Assembly: GCA_964016885.1 (NCBI GenBank)
Contig: OZ024752.1
Coordinates: forward strand, 24,366,001-24,430,000
DNA from: Eledone cirrhosa
Lineage: Eukaryota
DNA: 64,000 nt
Direction: 5' to 3'
The first letter of the stretch is position 1; every line of letters begins with the position of its first letter. The notes under the pieces were generated by a model. It made no database searches. It was not told where the DNA came from and worked only from the letters and a program-made list of their open reading frames with translations. A program made the position numbers and the translations under genes. Of this stretch, positions 27,764 through 42,260 are shown piece by piece.

Positions 27764-28505
27764 AGTATATAAATGTTATTGGGACACGAGTAACAAAATA
27801 ATGATGTCAACAGCACACCTAGTCATACCTATCTTTATTTCACATGCACCTTGATCATTCAATCTTAGCCTTCTCACTGGAAGGGGGGTACTATAACGGC
27901 GGCGAAGATTCGAAACCGAATCTGAGTTTTCCCGCTTCTGGGACAAGCCGTGGAAGTTGTTTACGCTCAGGAGACTAACCCCCTTGGGAAAGGCTAAACA
28001 CAGGTCAGAGGTGTTTACGCCTGACAGAAAATAGGTCAGAGGATATATCCATCTTTCTGACTTGCTTACGCTTGGCAAACTAATCCTTTGGGAGACTCTA
28101 ACCGAAGTTCAGAGGATATATCTATCCTTCTAGCTTCAACCCTTAAATACAGGGTTTGTTTACGCCCTGGGAGAAAAGAAGTGATGTACAGACAAGACAA
28201 GTGGCATTTACAAGCTCTCGTCACAAACGAGACATAAGGTATGGTGGTTGCGTTGGTAAAGTTACAAGCTGTCACATCGCTATTCCCTGTTGTTAGTAGT
28301 TAACCATGTGTTGTCGCTGCTGCTGATGTATTTGGTAGTGGTGATAGCCATGTGTTGCTGCTGATGGCTGGTTGTAAAGAAGTACTTGGTTGTAGGTAGC
28401 CATTTTGAAATTTCCTCGTGGCGTAATTTTCTTTTATTTTTTTTTATACATACACTGCCAATTTTAATTTTATTTCAAAAGGAATATTTTGAACTGAAAA
28501 TATTC

Positions 28506-28943
28506 ATCACGTCGAGGTCACCATTTTTAGCAGCATAGTATATAAATGTTATTGGGACACGAGTAACATAATAATGATGTCAACAGCAGAAATTAGAGAT
28601 GAAATATATGTTTATTTTTGTTGTAGCACAAATAATGTTTGTTAACCTGTATGGTTGAAGTTACACATAAAATGAGGTTACAAAAGGGATTGTGCCAGGC
28701 CCAAGGAAGGCCGGCAAGCCAAAGTGCAAAATCTCACCGTTACATGTTGGCTAGTGATTTCACGACGAAAGAATGTTAGTTGTTTACTTTTTTACAGTCA
28801 GGATGCGAGAGGCTGATTCTTCAAATCAACACGGGAATTTTTCCCTCAGGGCGCATAGAGATACATTCTCTTCTACTGGCGCTGAGCTGAGCCAAATCAC
28901 GCACCAAGAATGTATGTGAGCCCGCGGAATGTAGGTCACTACA
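28506..28943 (-). mobile_element. Gypsy 5' LTR (about 28526-28943) with a tRNA-Trp primer-binding site (28506-28523)
   Basis: - strand LTR begins TGTAG and ends CTAAA (decayed CTACA), then TGGTGACCTCGACGTGAT, one base off the complement of the tRNA-Trp 3' end; partial LTR copy at about 27755-27815. Confidence 0.8.
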
Positions 28944-29700
28944 ACAGTAATTTCAATGTACATAAAAGAACACACAGTAGAGAAAAGCATTATGATTGTG
29001 AAATATGTGGGAAATCTTTTTCAGAATGCTAGTCTCATTAACCATAGATATAACCACACTGGAATAAAGCCCTTCCATTGTGAAATATGTGAGAAATCTT
29101 TTGTCAGGGCAATGACTTGATTAGACATAAAAGAACTCACACTGGAGAGAAACTCTTTTACTGTGAAATATGTGGGAAGTATTTCATACAAAGCGGTAAT
29201 TTGATTGTACATAAAAGATCACATACTGGTGAAAGACCTTACCACTGTGGGAAATCTTTTATTAGGAATAGTAACTTAAATAAACACAAACAAACACACA
29301 CAAGAGGGAAACATTTTAACTAACTCTTCCTCTTACAAATCTAAACTGATTGTCATGAAGTAGCTCTTAGAAGTTCCACAGACTCGAAAAGTTGCTTGTC
29401 ATTTTTAAAATTATACACTTCGTTGGAAATAAATTCTTGTTCATATCCTAATCTTTTGCCATGAGTTGTGACATGACTAAACGCAGAACACACACTGGAG
29501 AAAAACCCTATCACTGTACCAATGTGGGACATCTTTTGGCTGTAATGGTGAATTGACTAAACACAGAAGAACACACACTGGAGAGAAACCCTTCCACTGT
29601 GAAATATTTGGGAAATCTTTCGTCTCTAAAAGTAACTTAAAAAAACACACTGGAGGGAAACGTTTTAACTGTGAAACATGAGACACCTTCCTCTTACAAA
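28944..29700 (+). pseudogene. C2H2 ZNF pseudogene fragments, 5' part replaced by the Gypsy remnant
   Basis: [18 protein letters not shown]...HTGERPYH with frameshifts; a second finger block at 29478-29700. Confidence 0.82.
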
Positions 29701-29769
29701 TATAAACCTATTGTCCATCAACATCTTGAGGGAACCCTTAGTAGTTTTACAGACTCCAAACATTGCTTG

Positions 29770-30038
29770 TCATCATCATCATACGTCCGCTTTTCCCTGC
29801 TTGCAAGGGTGGGATGGGTCCTATTCAGCACAGCATCTCTCCACTTGTCACGGTCCTTCGTCATCTCCTCCATGAGCTTCAGTGATCTGAGGTCAGCTCT
29901 CACCACCTCCGCCCATGTTTTTAGTGGTCTTCCTCTACTGTATCTTCTTTCTACTGGGATTTCTTGGCACTTCTTTACCCAGTGATCATCCTCCATACCA
30001 TTGCAGTCTTCTCTCCCGCACACAACAACTTATCCCTT
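29770..30038 (-). mobile_element. RTE 3' fragment
   Basis: RGRPLKTWAEVVRADL...DRDKWRDAV and (GAT)n tail. Confidence 0.85.
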
Positions 30039-32616
30039 GTCATTTTAAAATATATTTTTAGCTGGAATTACATTCTTGATCATGTCTATTCCTGGTCTTC
30101 CTGAAGTCATTTTTAATCTATGCAAAAAATTTCATCAGTCTTTTGCCAACACCAACATTCCCTGCTTTTGCTATCTGCGGGGTGCAACCCCAACATCGCC
30201 TTAAGTCCAAAGCCCCCTTTCTGTGGCTCAAGAGCCCTTCCTTTTCCTTTCTTTTCCTGTTTTTGAATACTTGTGTTTTTCTAATTATTAGGTAGCCATT
30301 CAGATAGTTACTAATTAATTAAATTGTGTATATTTCTTTAAAATTAAGACTGATATACTTCCCTGGTGGAATGTGTAATTAAGGGACCCTCTATCTCCTG
30401 ATAATTCTGTGTTTTGTCTGTCAGAAATTTCAGATTATGCCAAATCTTGTATCAGAAATTTATAGCAAGCAATGGCACTATTCCATAGCTGTGGAATAAT
30501 TTGGCCATACTTTGTCACTTGCCAGTCCTTAGACTTGGTAGTGTAGGAATACCAAAAGATAACTTCGGCACAACAGTTGCTTCGCACCTCTTTTGACTTC
30601 TACCTATCAGTTGCAGAATTTCGTGGACACAAGAAGTCACTAATTACGTTCCCAGTTGATACTAACAAGATGTAGCACTTAACAAGGAACTTTGGCCCTC
30701 TCGGCAAGGGACCCAACAACAACACAGTTTGTTTTCATTCAATTTAATCGTTCGGTATGCTAGCAGCTTTCCCCTCTTTTAGTGCTTGTATTATTGTATC
30801 GGAAGAAAATAAACCTTAGTTATTTCCTCACTGTGCTTTCTGATTTGATCCTTCCACGTGGACTAAAAACATAAACACGCAGCCTATAAATCTCCATATA
30901 TATATCTTCATTTAGGATCCTTTCCGCAACCAAGAACAAATACTTAAACCCTTTCTCCTAAAAATTCCCTGATGTAGTATGTTATTAGGGACCTTCTTTG
31001 ACACGAGGTAATATTGTATCGTCTCTTCTCTCAGAAACTTTAGGGGACAACACCAACATTAACAGCTGTAACATGTAATTGAGGGACCTCGCATTTGAGG
31101 TAATGTCTTGTTTCCTCTTGTCTGAGAAATTAAGGGGTAACATCAACATTCCCTGATGTGGTGTGTAATTGAGGGCCTGTCTCTCACCTCAGGTAATACC
31201 ATGTCCTCTCTTATCTCAGAAATTTCACTGGGAAACTGTCTTTTTATTGATTTGTTTGTTTTTTGTAAATTCTTTATTAGTTTTTCATTATTCATTATGT
31301 AAACTAGCAGAAAACCACCTCAGGGTGACTTTCTGCTAGCATGTGTAGTGTGCATATTGATATTATATGCCATATAAACGTTATCATATAACGATGCAAA
31401 TATATGAACGTTTATATAAGCAATGTGATATTTCGTCCGTTATATCATAACAGGAAGTATTGACATTTGAAAATTTTAAAAGAAGTGAATCTTAAAATAA
31501 GCCATCATTATATATAAGAATATTTATGTTTAATCAACACCTACGAAATTTATTACATAAATTATGTAATAATCATTCATTATTTATTCAAAGTAATCCA
31601 ACTTATTTTACTTATGGGATAAAAAAATATATTCAGGACACAGTCCCGCACTTGTATTTCTATCAGTAATGATACCCTAAAGAGTCTTCAGAGGAACCCT
31701 ATTTCTGCTTCTATTCTTTTGGTCATTACACAAAATTCACCTACTTCCCTTATTTTGATTAACAAATGCTGAATCTAGTGCATTACTACACCAGCCCCTG
31801 CAATTCTTACACTTAATTCAGCCACCTCCCTTCATCAACTTGTGAATACAGCCTCAAGACTCTTGAACTTCTCTGCCTGCTTCAGTAGATCTCTACTCAC
31901 ATGTAGAGAGGTAAAGTATTTTAGTCATCAATTGACTGATTTTCATTTCTGCCATGCAGTAGTTGGCAGCAAATCTATCAAGTGCATGTTGGAGATTACC
32001 TTCTCATTAGATAGCTACTAAAATGACATCCAGACATTCTAAACAACTGATCCCACATCCACCAGTCTTGATACCAATTCCAGCCCAGTTGCTCATGTCA
32101 ATCCTGTCCATAAAGATTATGAACAGGGGAGGTGACAGCATACATCCTTTGGCAGAGTCTGACACCCTCATTGAAAGTTTTTGATTTAGCAATGTTTGGG
32201 GTAACATTACTTGATATAATTCATAGCTTGGAGGTGAGAGACTCATTCCAAGGAGAGGTGCTAATTCTCTGAAATGAGAGATCACAACTCTAATACTATG
32301 GTGATGTGTTCAGAATGTCTCAGGAAACAATTACTGGGCAGATTTTACAGGCAAAACCAACTGGCAGGAGCCTCAGGGTTAGACCCTGAGAAAGATGGAT
32401 GGATAATATTCATGAGCATGATTTGTTTTGCTTCAGGATCCAACCAGATCAGATGAAGACAGTTGATTGTGACAGTACCTGCAGGAAGGCATGCTTGAGG
32501 ACTCTGTCACCATGACCATCCTTGGAATAAGTGGACGAAGGAGAAATATTCATATCAGAATTGAAAATAGTTACATTTGAGGAATTTGTCAAGTCAGTGA
32601 CCTTTCATTATTTTCC

Positions 32617-32902
32617 CATCTAAATCTCTGTTATTAACACCATATATATTGATATCATCTTGTAAGTAGTATTAAAACATCTAACACCCATCTAAATCTC
32701 TGTTATTAACACCATAAATAATGATATCATCTTGTAAGTAGTATTAAAACATCTAACACCCATCTAAATCTCTGTTATTAACACCATATGTAATTATATC
32801 ATCTTGTAAGTAGTTTTAATACATCTAACACCCATCTAAATCTCTGTTGTTAACACCATATGTAATGATATCATCTTGTTAGTAGTTTTAATACATCTAA
32901 CA
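32617..32902. repeat. 72-bp tandem repeat, 4 copies; paralogous array at about 39290-39690 interrupted by a SINE
   Basis: Unit CCATCTAAATCTCTGTTATTAACACCATA...ATCATCTTGTAAGTAGT...CATCTAACAC. Confidence 0.92.
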
Positions 32903-33129
32903 CAAACACTTCAATATTGTTTAAAATCATTGAAATTCTATCACTCTTCATATATTTTACAACTGAAATTTAGAAATTTGACAATATCCTGGTTACAGGG
33001 CCACTAACTTTGGTGATATCATTGTTTCCCTAAAGTAACAAGAAAAATTAAAACTTAGTCACAAAAGATCACAAACTGTTGAAGTATTAGTTGTTTGTTG
33101 AGGATCTTGTAATGGAGATTTCTGGCATT

Positions 33130-33978
33130 CTTGGTCCCTATACCACCTCCCTACTAACTGTTATCAGGGTGGAGTTAGCCACACACAGGAGAGTCTTGTT
33201 AAACTATAGTGGTGGAGACAATTGTCAGACTTGGTCCCTAAACCACCTCCCTACTAACTGTTATCAGGGTGGAGTTAACCACACACAGGAGAGTCTTGTT
33301 AAACTATAGTGGTGGAGACAATTGTCAGACTTGGTCCCTAAACCACCTCCCTACTAACTGTTATCAGGTGGAGTTAGCCACACACAGGAGAGTCTTGTTA
33401 AACTATAGTGGTGGAGACAATTGTCAGACTTGGTCCCTAAACCACCTCCCTACTAACTGTTATCAGGGTGGAGTTAGCCACCCACAGGAGTGTCTTGTTA
33501 AACTATAGTGGTGGAGACAATTGTCAGACTTGGTCCCTATATCACCTCCCTACTAACTGTTATCAGGGTGGAGTTGGCCACACACAGGAGTGTCTTGTTA
33601 AACTATAGTGGTGGAGACAATTGTCAGACTTGGTCCCTATACCATCTCCCTACCAACTGTTATCAGGGTGGAGTTAGCCACCCACAGGAGTGTCTTGTTA
33701 AACTATAGTGGTGGAGACAATTGTCAAAACTACCTCCCTACTAACTGTTATCAGGGTGAAGTTAGCCACCCACAGGAGTGTCTTGTTAAACTATAGTGGT
33801 GGAGACAATTGTCAGACTTGGTCCCTATACCACCTCCCTACTAACTGTTATCAGGGTGGAGTTAGCCACCCACAGGAGTGTATTGTTAAACTATAGTGGT
33901 GGGGACAATTGTCAGACTTGGTCCCTAAACTACCTCCCTACTAACTGTTATCAGGGTGGAGTTGGCCACCCACAGGAG
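33130..33978. repeat. 100-bp minisatellite, about 8.5 copies
   Basis: TTGGTCCCTA at 33131, 33231, 33331 and onward; one unit is 1 bp short and one is 12 bp short. Confidence 0.97.
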
Positions 33979-34589
33979 AGAGCCTCACATGTTTTAAAAT
34001 CTATTTCAACACATCTCACTTGCTATCCCCCAGGGTAACCCCCTATCACGATTCTGTGATCTCTTGGGACCACAAGGTAGCTGGTACCTAGGGTTCTCCA
34101 TGCCAGAGAGAATTCTCCCACATTGTCCAGGTTTGTATCATTGGGGGTAGTGATGGTATAGTTTACTGATTGTTGTTAGTCACAGTAAATTATAAGAAAT
34201 GTTTCAAGAAATATGATGCAACAAATATTATTTGTTAAAGCTAGTTAAATCTCTATTGATTTGTAAATTAGGCTCAAGGGCAGCAGATTTAGGAGAGGGT
34301 AAAGTTGATTAAATCAACTCCAATACATGACTAGTAATATATTTTATCAACTCTAGAATGTTGAAATAATTATTTGATCTGAGAATGTTAACAACCAGAA
34401 CAAATACTGCAATTATATTTTATCTGACGCTCTACCAATTCTGCCATTCTACCATCTTTGTTTAAATCTATATTAAAGTAAATGTAGAATGTCATTCTAC
34501 CATGTGAAATTCTACTGAGATAGGCCCACAACAGCACAGTAGTGTTTCAATAAAACACATACACACAAACACTTTCTTACCTAAATTTC

Positions 34590-34960
34590 AGTCTTACACT
34601 GTAATATCAATTCTCAAGTTTTAAATATACCTCAAGAATTACTATGGAGGACGTTAAATACTTGGACATTTCTAACAAACCTGTTTCTACCAATATAGAT
34701 ACAGTTACACAGACATACAGTGGTAAGAAACTTCTACCTAGTGAAACATGTACTGAACAAGGATCATTACACAGAAATATTCCTGAATATAGCTGTGAAA
34801 TTTGTAGGAAAACTTTCTCATCAGAAGATGAAGTATCTACACACAAACACATACATATTAAAGACAAACCCTGTCACTTAAATATGTGGGAAATATTTTG
34901 CTTCCAACAGTAATTTAACAGTATACAAAAGAACACATACTGAACAAAAGCCCTATTACT
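34590..34960 (+). pseudogene. Truncated C2H2 ZNF pseudogene
   Basis: MEDVKYLDIS...PEYSCEICRKTFSSEDEVSTHKHIH, then a frameshift and an RTE junction. Confidence 0.82.
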
Positions 34961-35239
34961 CTCAGTTCGAAGAAGTAGTGGGTCTACCTTAAGCAACTCT
35001 ATAAGGCATGCACCCTACTTAATAACATTATTCCAAGGACCCCATTTCGGCCACTTGTATTCGTGATCATATTCTTTCAGCCATCACTCGTGGACATGGC
35101 CCTGAAACACTTGAACTTCTCCACTTGCTTCAGTGAAACTCCATTCACATGTAGAGTGCACGCTGCAGGCTTCCTTGAGAGGATGAGTGTCTCAGTTTTC
35201 GCAGCACTGATTTTCAATCAAGCCATGAACACACAAACA

Positions 35240-35712
35240 TGGATGACTCGTCCACCATTGAAGAGACCACCAAAGCTATAGAGCTGCTAAGGAGTGGCAA
35301 TGCTGCAGGAGTTGAAGGAATTCTACATAAGATGTTGAAACATGGAAGTCCAGTATTACATGTGAAACTCCACAAGATCTCTGTAGTGCAATCATCATCA
35401 CCCTGTACAAGAACAAAGGGGCAAAGTTAGATTACTGAAATTACCAGGGATTATTCTGCTCTCTTTTGTGGGAAGATGTGGAAGATTAAGGGACCAGCAC
35501 TTACATGCAAAACTCCACAAGCTCTTTGTATGTTGCAGGGAGCAGGGCAATCTACCATAAGATCTCTGTGATGCAGTCATCATCACCCGGTACAAGAACA
35601 AAGGGGAAAAGTCAGACTGCTCAAATTACTGGGGGTTAATCTGATCTCTGTCATGAGAAACATCCCTGCAAAGATACTGTTGAACCAGCTGGTACCTACC
35701 ATTGCAGAATAA
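35240..35712 (+). mobile_element. Degraded RTE (BovB-like) RT fragment
   Basis: TIEETTKAIELLRSGNAAGVEG, DAVIIT.YKNKGEKSDCSNY.G, ILLNQLVPTIAE.HIPES.C. Confidence 0.8.
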
Positions 35713-36222
35713 CACATCCCAGAGAGTCATTGTAGCAACAGAGTCAACAACAACACCATAGGCATCACAATAACACCTCCCAGAGAGTCAGTGTAGCTAC
35801 AAAGTCGACAACAACACTATAGACATCACAATGACACCTCCCAGAGAGTCAGTGTAGCTACAAAGTCAACAACAACACCACAGACATCACAGTAACACCT
35901 CCCAGAATGTCAGTGTAGCTACAAAGTCAACAACACCTTCCAGAGAGTCAGTGTAGCTACAAAGTCAACAACACCTTCCAGAGAGTCAGTGTAGCTACAA
36001 AGTCAACACCATCACAATGACACCTCCCAGAGAGTCAGTGTAGCTACGAAGTCAACAACAACACCACAGACATCACAGTAACACCTCCCAGAGAGTCGGT
36101 GTAGCTACGAAGTCAACAACACCACAGAAACACCTCCCAGAGAGTCAGTGTAGCTACAAAGTCAACAACAACACCATAGAGATCACAATGACACCTCCCA
36201 GAGAGTCAGTGTAGCTACAAAA
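35713..36222. repeat. Minisatellite of about 40-57 bp (ACACCTCCCAGAGAGTCAGTGTAGCTACAAAGTCAACAAC core), about 10 copies
   Basis: Direct reading; continuous with the RTE fragment. Confidence 0.93.
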
Positions 36223-37043
36223 ACTACTGGAGAAAAAGGAGGGAAAGGAAAGCATCGAGGAAGAAACAGCTGATGTGATAATATATTTAGTAGGTGGCTT
36301 GAAAAAACAGATGAAAGATGATTAAAGAGAGAGATAGACAAAGGGGAGTAATTTATGTTCAAGTTTATATACAGATTTCCATATATGCAACACATATCCA
36401 AATTAAATTTCAAAATATTTAATTTAAGTTATTTCAGAGTAATGAATAATATTTTAGGTTTTAAAAGTTAAAAGGTATTTGTATTAATATTATAATTATG
36501 TTTAATTTCTAAAATTCAAATTTTATGAAAACAAATTTAAAGGATTTACGAAACACGAGAAAGAAAATATATAATGCTTTTATACCCTCACGAAGGTAAT
36601 CTTTACCAAAATTATTTATAATATTGACAACAGTTTATATAATATATTTATAAAATAATTATAGTGATAATTATTGAAGAATTTATTGTTAAATAGTTGG
36701 AGTGCCTAAAGGATCAACCTTCCTTATAACTAAACTTAAAGAAGTCCGAATTTTTAATTATGTATATGTGTTGATAAAAAAATACAAGGATTATAGTTTA
36801 TTATTTGTTTATAATTGAGGTGATACCTTTCAAATATATATAATATAATACAATAATACAATATAGTAAATAAGTTACTGAAAATATTGTTAAAAAATAT
36901 ATATAGTTAAAAAATATTGCTATAGAATTAATGTTTTATATCAATTATTTTCATTTTCTTATAAACATATAAGTTTAGTTGATATATACTAAACATATAA
37001 GTCAAAACTATATGAGTCCTAATGATAGGGAAATAAAAAAGTT

Positions 37044-37160
37044 AATAAAATATTGGTAAAATCGGACAAAACAAATAATTTATATGGGATAAATAAAGAA
37101 GAATATAATAATTTGATTTTAAAAGAACTAAGGAAAAATTATAAAAAAAGCCCCGGCTGA
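37044..37160 (+). mobile_element. Degraded PLE ORF fragment within an AT-rich block (about 36225-37160)
   Basis: Reads NKILVKSDKTNNLYGINKEEYINLILKELRKNYKK, resembling the PLE pre-RT ADKT.NLY...Y motif. Confidence 0.55.
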
Positions 37161-37719
37161 AGATCTTGTTTTACCATAGGTTGGATACAATTGATGGAGT
37201 GAATTGACATAACTGAAGGTCTTTCTGAAGGTATTAAATTATGTCAGGGACTTTTAACGCATGACACCTGTGTTACCTAAGAGCGGGGAAATATTGTCAA
37301 CGACACCACGTACCTGCTATCTTAATTATAACTTTAATTAATCTACTTATATCTTGTGTAGCAATTATCTCATGTTAATTTGAAAGTTAATATTTTGTAG
37401 ATAACATAGAGTGAGCTACATGTTCCAGAGTAGGTGTTCCATCACCTACATGATTAAATATTTCATTTCATGAGAAACTATGTTACATCGTGAATTGGTT
37501 GTTCCACATTTTACAGGACAGTGAGAAATAGGTTTAAATCACCAACATCTGAACAATTAGCTTTCTTGACTTTACACTTAGACTTGAAATATAAAGTACG
37601 TATTATATGTAGTGTTAACACAGCAGATATTGTGTACTTTTCTACACTCCGTGGTGAACAATCCTGATTTAGACACAAACACACTTTGTCTCTCTCTAAC
37701 ACTTTCTTACCCCGACATC

Positions 37720-38600
<881 letters not shown>

Positions 38601-38781
38601 TCTAAACTTATTTTCCACCAATATCAAATGTGAATACTTGGCAGTTTGATAGACTACAAACATTGCTGGCCATTTTTACAAATATATTTTCATTTGAAAT
38701 TAAAATCTTTCTCTGATCTATTCTTGACTTTTTGAATTAGTTTTAAATCTATGCAAGAAATTTCAGCCGTGGTTTGTCAAC

Positions 38782-39075
38782 ACCAACATTCCCTGCTATA
38801 GTGTGTGTAATTAAGGGACGCTCTATCACCTGAGGTAATGTCTTGTCTTCTATGAAAAATTTTAGAGGGCTACACCAACATTCCCTGCTATAGTGTGTGT
38901 AAATAAAGGACCCTCTATCACCTGAAGTAATGTCTTCTCTGCTATGATAAATGTTAGAGGCCTATACCAACATTCCCTGTTGTAGTGTGTAATTGGAGGG
39001 CCCTCTGTCACATGAGGTATTGCTGTGAGTGTCTAGTCTCAGAAATTTTAGAGAGTAACACCAACATTCTCTGTT
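38782..39075. repeat. Tandem repeat of about 92 bp downstream of ZNF copies (CACCAACATTCCCTG...), also near 25345, 30150-30430, 30960-31230 and 42625
   Basis: Direct reading. Confidence 0.8.
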
Positions 39076-41157
39076 ATAGTAATTGGAGTAGTTTTTACCT
39101 GTTTTTCTTTTTCTTTCTGACTCCCTTTTTTTTTTATTGATTTCATTGTTTTGTAAACAATTTATTAATTTTTCATAATTAATTTTATAAATTGTATTTA
39201 TGTCCTAAATTTCATTCTATTTGTTGTTAATAAAAGAATTATATTTAAAGAATTTATCAAGTCTGTAACTTCAACTTTTTGTTATTTTGCCGTCTAAATC
39301 TCTGTTACACCATATATAATGATATCATCTTGTAAGTACTTTTAATACATCTAACACCCATCTAAATCTCTGTTATTAACACTATATGTAATGATATCAT
39401 CTTGTAAGTACTTTTAACACATCTAACACCCATCTAAGTCTCTGTTATTAACACCATATATAATTGTTTTTACTTTTGGCACAAGGCCAGCAATTATCCC
39501 AGTGTATTACTGGTACTTTATTTTATCGACCCCCATAAGGATGAAAGGCAAAGTTAACCTCGGCGGGATTTGAACTCAGACCATGAAGGGCCGTAACTCT
39601 TTGCTGCAAAGCATGGTGTCCGACCCTCTACCGATACTTTCAATCCACCATGATATCATCTTGTAAGTAGTTTTAATACATCTCACACAAACACTTCAAT
39701 ATTGTTTAAAATGACTGAAATTCTATCACTCTTCGTATATATTTTACAACTGAAATTTAGAAACTTGACAATATCCTGGTTATAGGGCCACTAACTTTGG
39801 TGGTATCATTGTTTCCCTAAAGTAACAAGAAAAATGAAAACTTAGTCACAAAAGATCACAAATTGTTGAAGTATTAGTTGTCTGTTGTTGAACTTGTAGT
39901 AATGGAGATTTCTGGCATTCTTGGTCCCTATACCATCTCTCTACTAACTGTTATCAGGGTGGAGTTAGCCACCCACATGAGTGTCTTGTTAAACTATAGT
40001 GGTGGAGACAATTGTCAGACTTGGTCCCTATACCACCTGTAACTGATATAGTCACAAACAAATATTTATGCATGTAACAGAATGTGTGACTGTAAGACAG
40101 ACCCCTGTCCCCAGCTTGTCTGGGAAGATGGAAGACCCACTTCAGTACTGACTTGGACTATGATCAACCCTTGTTAGCAGTGAGTGAAAGTGGGCTTTAA
40201 ACAATTAAGATTATAATCACAAACACACACACTTGAGGGAAACCTTTTAAGTATAAAATGTGAAACATCCTTTTACAAATCTAAAGCTATTGTCCACCAA
40301 CATTGTGAGGGAACCCTTAGTAGTTCTATAAAGTCCAAACATTGCTTGTCCTTTTTGTTATATTTTTATTTGGAATTATATTTTTGTTAATATCTTATTC
40401 TTGTCTTCTTGAATTCATTCTTAATCATCATCATCATCATTTAACATCTATCTTCCATGCTAGCATGGGTTAGACGGCAATTGTCCCACTTGAGGCAAGA
40501 TCGATCGGGTGACCGTGTCTTGCTCGTATAGGACTGTATCTGGCAGGTTTTCTACGGCTGGATGTCCTTCCTAACACCAACCACATTTACAGTGTGGACT
40601 GGGAGCCTTTTTACTGCATCTCCTACAGGACAACTTAACAGCATGGACTGGGTGCTTTTTTGTTGTGACACCTACACAACCTCTTTAGTTTGGACTGGAT
40701 GTTCTGTGGTAGCAACATAACTTTACAGAGAAAGGTGGTGTTGGTGGGAGTGGGAGGATGGAGTTGGGTTGTATATTTGGCTAAGAGGTGCCCACTGCTA
40801 GTAAAAACCTACTGCTATGATGCTGGTTAAAATATTTGTTAATCATGTATGAGTGCATAGCTCGGAGATCAGATAGTTGCTCCAGGTAGAGCTGCTACTT
40901 CTCTGAATTGAGACATCACAGCTTCGATACTATGGTTAGAATATCTCAGGAAAGAATTGCTGGACAGATTTTACAGGCAAAACCAACTGGCAGGAGACCC
41001 AGAGCAAGATGATTGGATAACATCCATGAACTTGGCTGGTCTCGGCTGGAGATCCAGCAGTTGGAGATGGTTGCTTCTGACAGGACTCACTGGAAGAAGA
41101 GTTTGAGGACTCTTCCCCCATGACACCCTCATGAATAAGTGGGCGAAGAAGAAGATA

Positions 41158-42115
41158 CATCCACTTTTCCATGCTTGTATGGATTTGAAGGGTCATTTTC
41201 AGCACAGCATCTCTCCACTTGTCACATTCCTTCATCATCTCCACTGTCAGTTTCATTCATTTGAGATCAACTATCACTAATTCTGCCCAGGTCTTCCTAC
41301 TGCAACTTCCTTCCACTCGGATTTCCTTGCACCTTTTCACCCAGCAATCATCATTCATATACATCACAAGTCTCTACCAGTGCAGTCTTCTCCCTTGCAC
41401 AAGCTCTAGCATCCCCTCACATTAACATTACACATCCATCAAAACATCTCCTGCCTACACATATCCTCTACAGTTACTGCCCATGTCTCACTACCATGCA
41501 GCATTGCACTTTGCACACAGGTGTCATACAGCTGTCCTTTCGTACATAGGGATAAACCTTTCGTTGTCAACAGAAGTAGGAGCTTCCTAAACTTCTTCCA
41601 TCTTGTCCTTATTCTAGCTATTATGCTCTTCAAGACACCTCCACTGCTAATAAGATCATCTAGGTAGCAGAAGCTATCAACCACTTCTATGGATACTTCC
41701 TAGGATTGGAAAAGGTTTATATCACTGGCATTCTTACTATCAATTTTCCCTGGATATCTCCTACATACAAATCCTTCCTTTCCTTTTAGTGTCTGCTATC
41801 TCATTTCTTCTCTTGTGTACCCAATATTTATATTATTTTCTACATATTGAGCCAGGCCACTTCCCAGATGAGATCAGTACCCTTCTTTCCTACTTATTAA
41901 CACTTTACTTGTTGCTATGTTCATTCTTAGTCCTTTTGATTCTAGGTTCGGTTTTCACAGCTGGAATATATTTTCTAGTTCTATGGATTCAGCTATGAAG
42001 ACCAGATCATCAGCATACAGAAGTTCCCATGGAGAACTATGATAAACGGAAGTAGGTTAAGAACTGAACCCTGATGAACTCCTACCTGTACCTTGAATTC
42101 CTCACTAAACTTCCT
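41158..42115 (-). mobile_element. Degraded RTE LINE
   Basis: WELLYADDLV, VDSFCYL, WKKFRKLLLLL, MLHGSETW. Confidence 0.85.
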
Positions 42116-42124
42116 ACTCACAAC

Positions 42125-42260
42125 TACTACTGTGAAATATGTGGGAAATCTTTTCTAAGCAGCAGTGATTTAACTGTACATAATAGAACACACACTCGAG
42201 AGAAACCCTGTCATTGTGAAATATGTGGTAAATCTTTTGTCTCTAAAGGAAACTTAACCC
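42125..42260 (+). pseudogene. C2H2 ZNF fragment (about 1.5 fingers)
   Basis: [36 protein letters not shown]. Confidence 0.75.

Noticed and set aside
33130-33978. CRISPR-like array
   Set aside because: Whole units are near-identical with no unique spacers, there are no cas genes, and the context is eukaryotic. The same holds for the 72-bp and 37-bp arrays.
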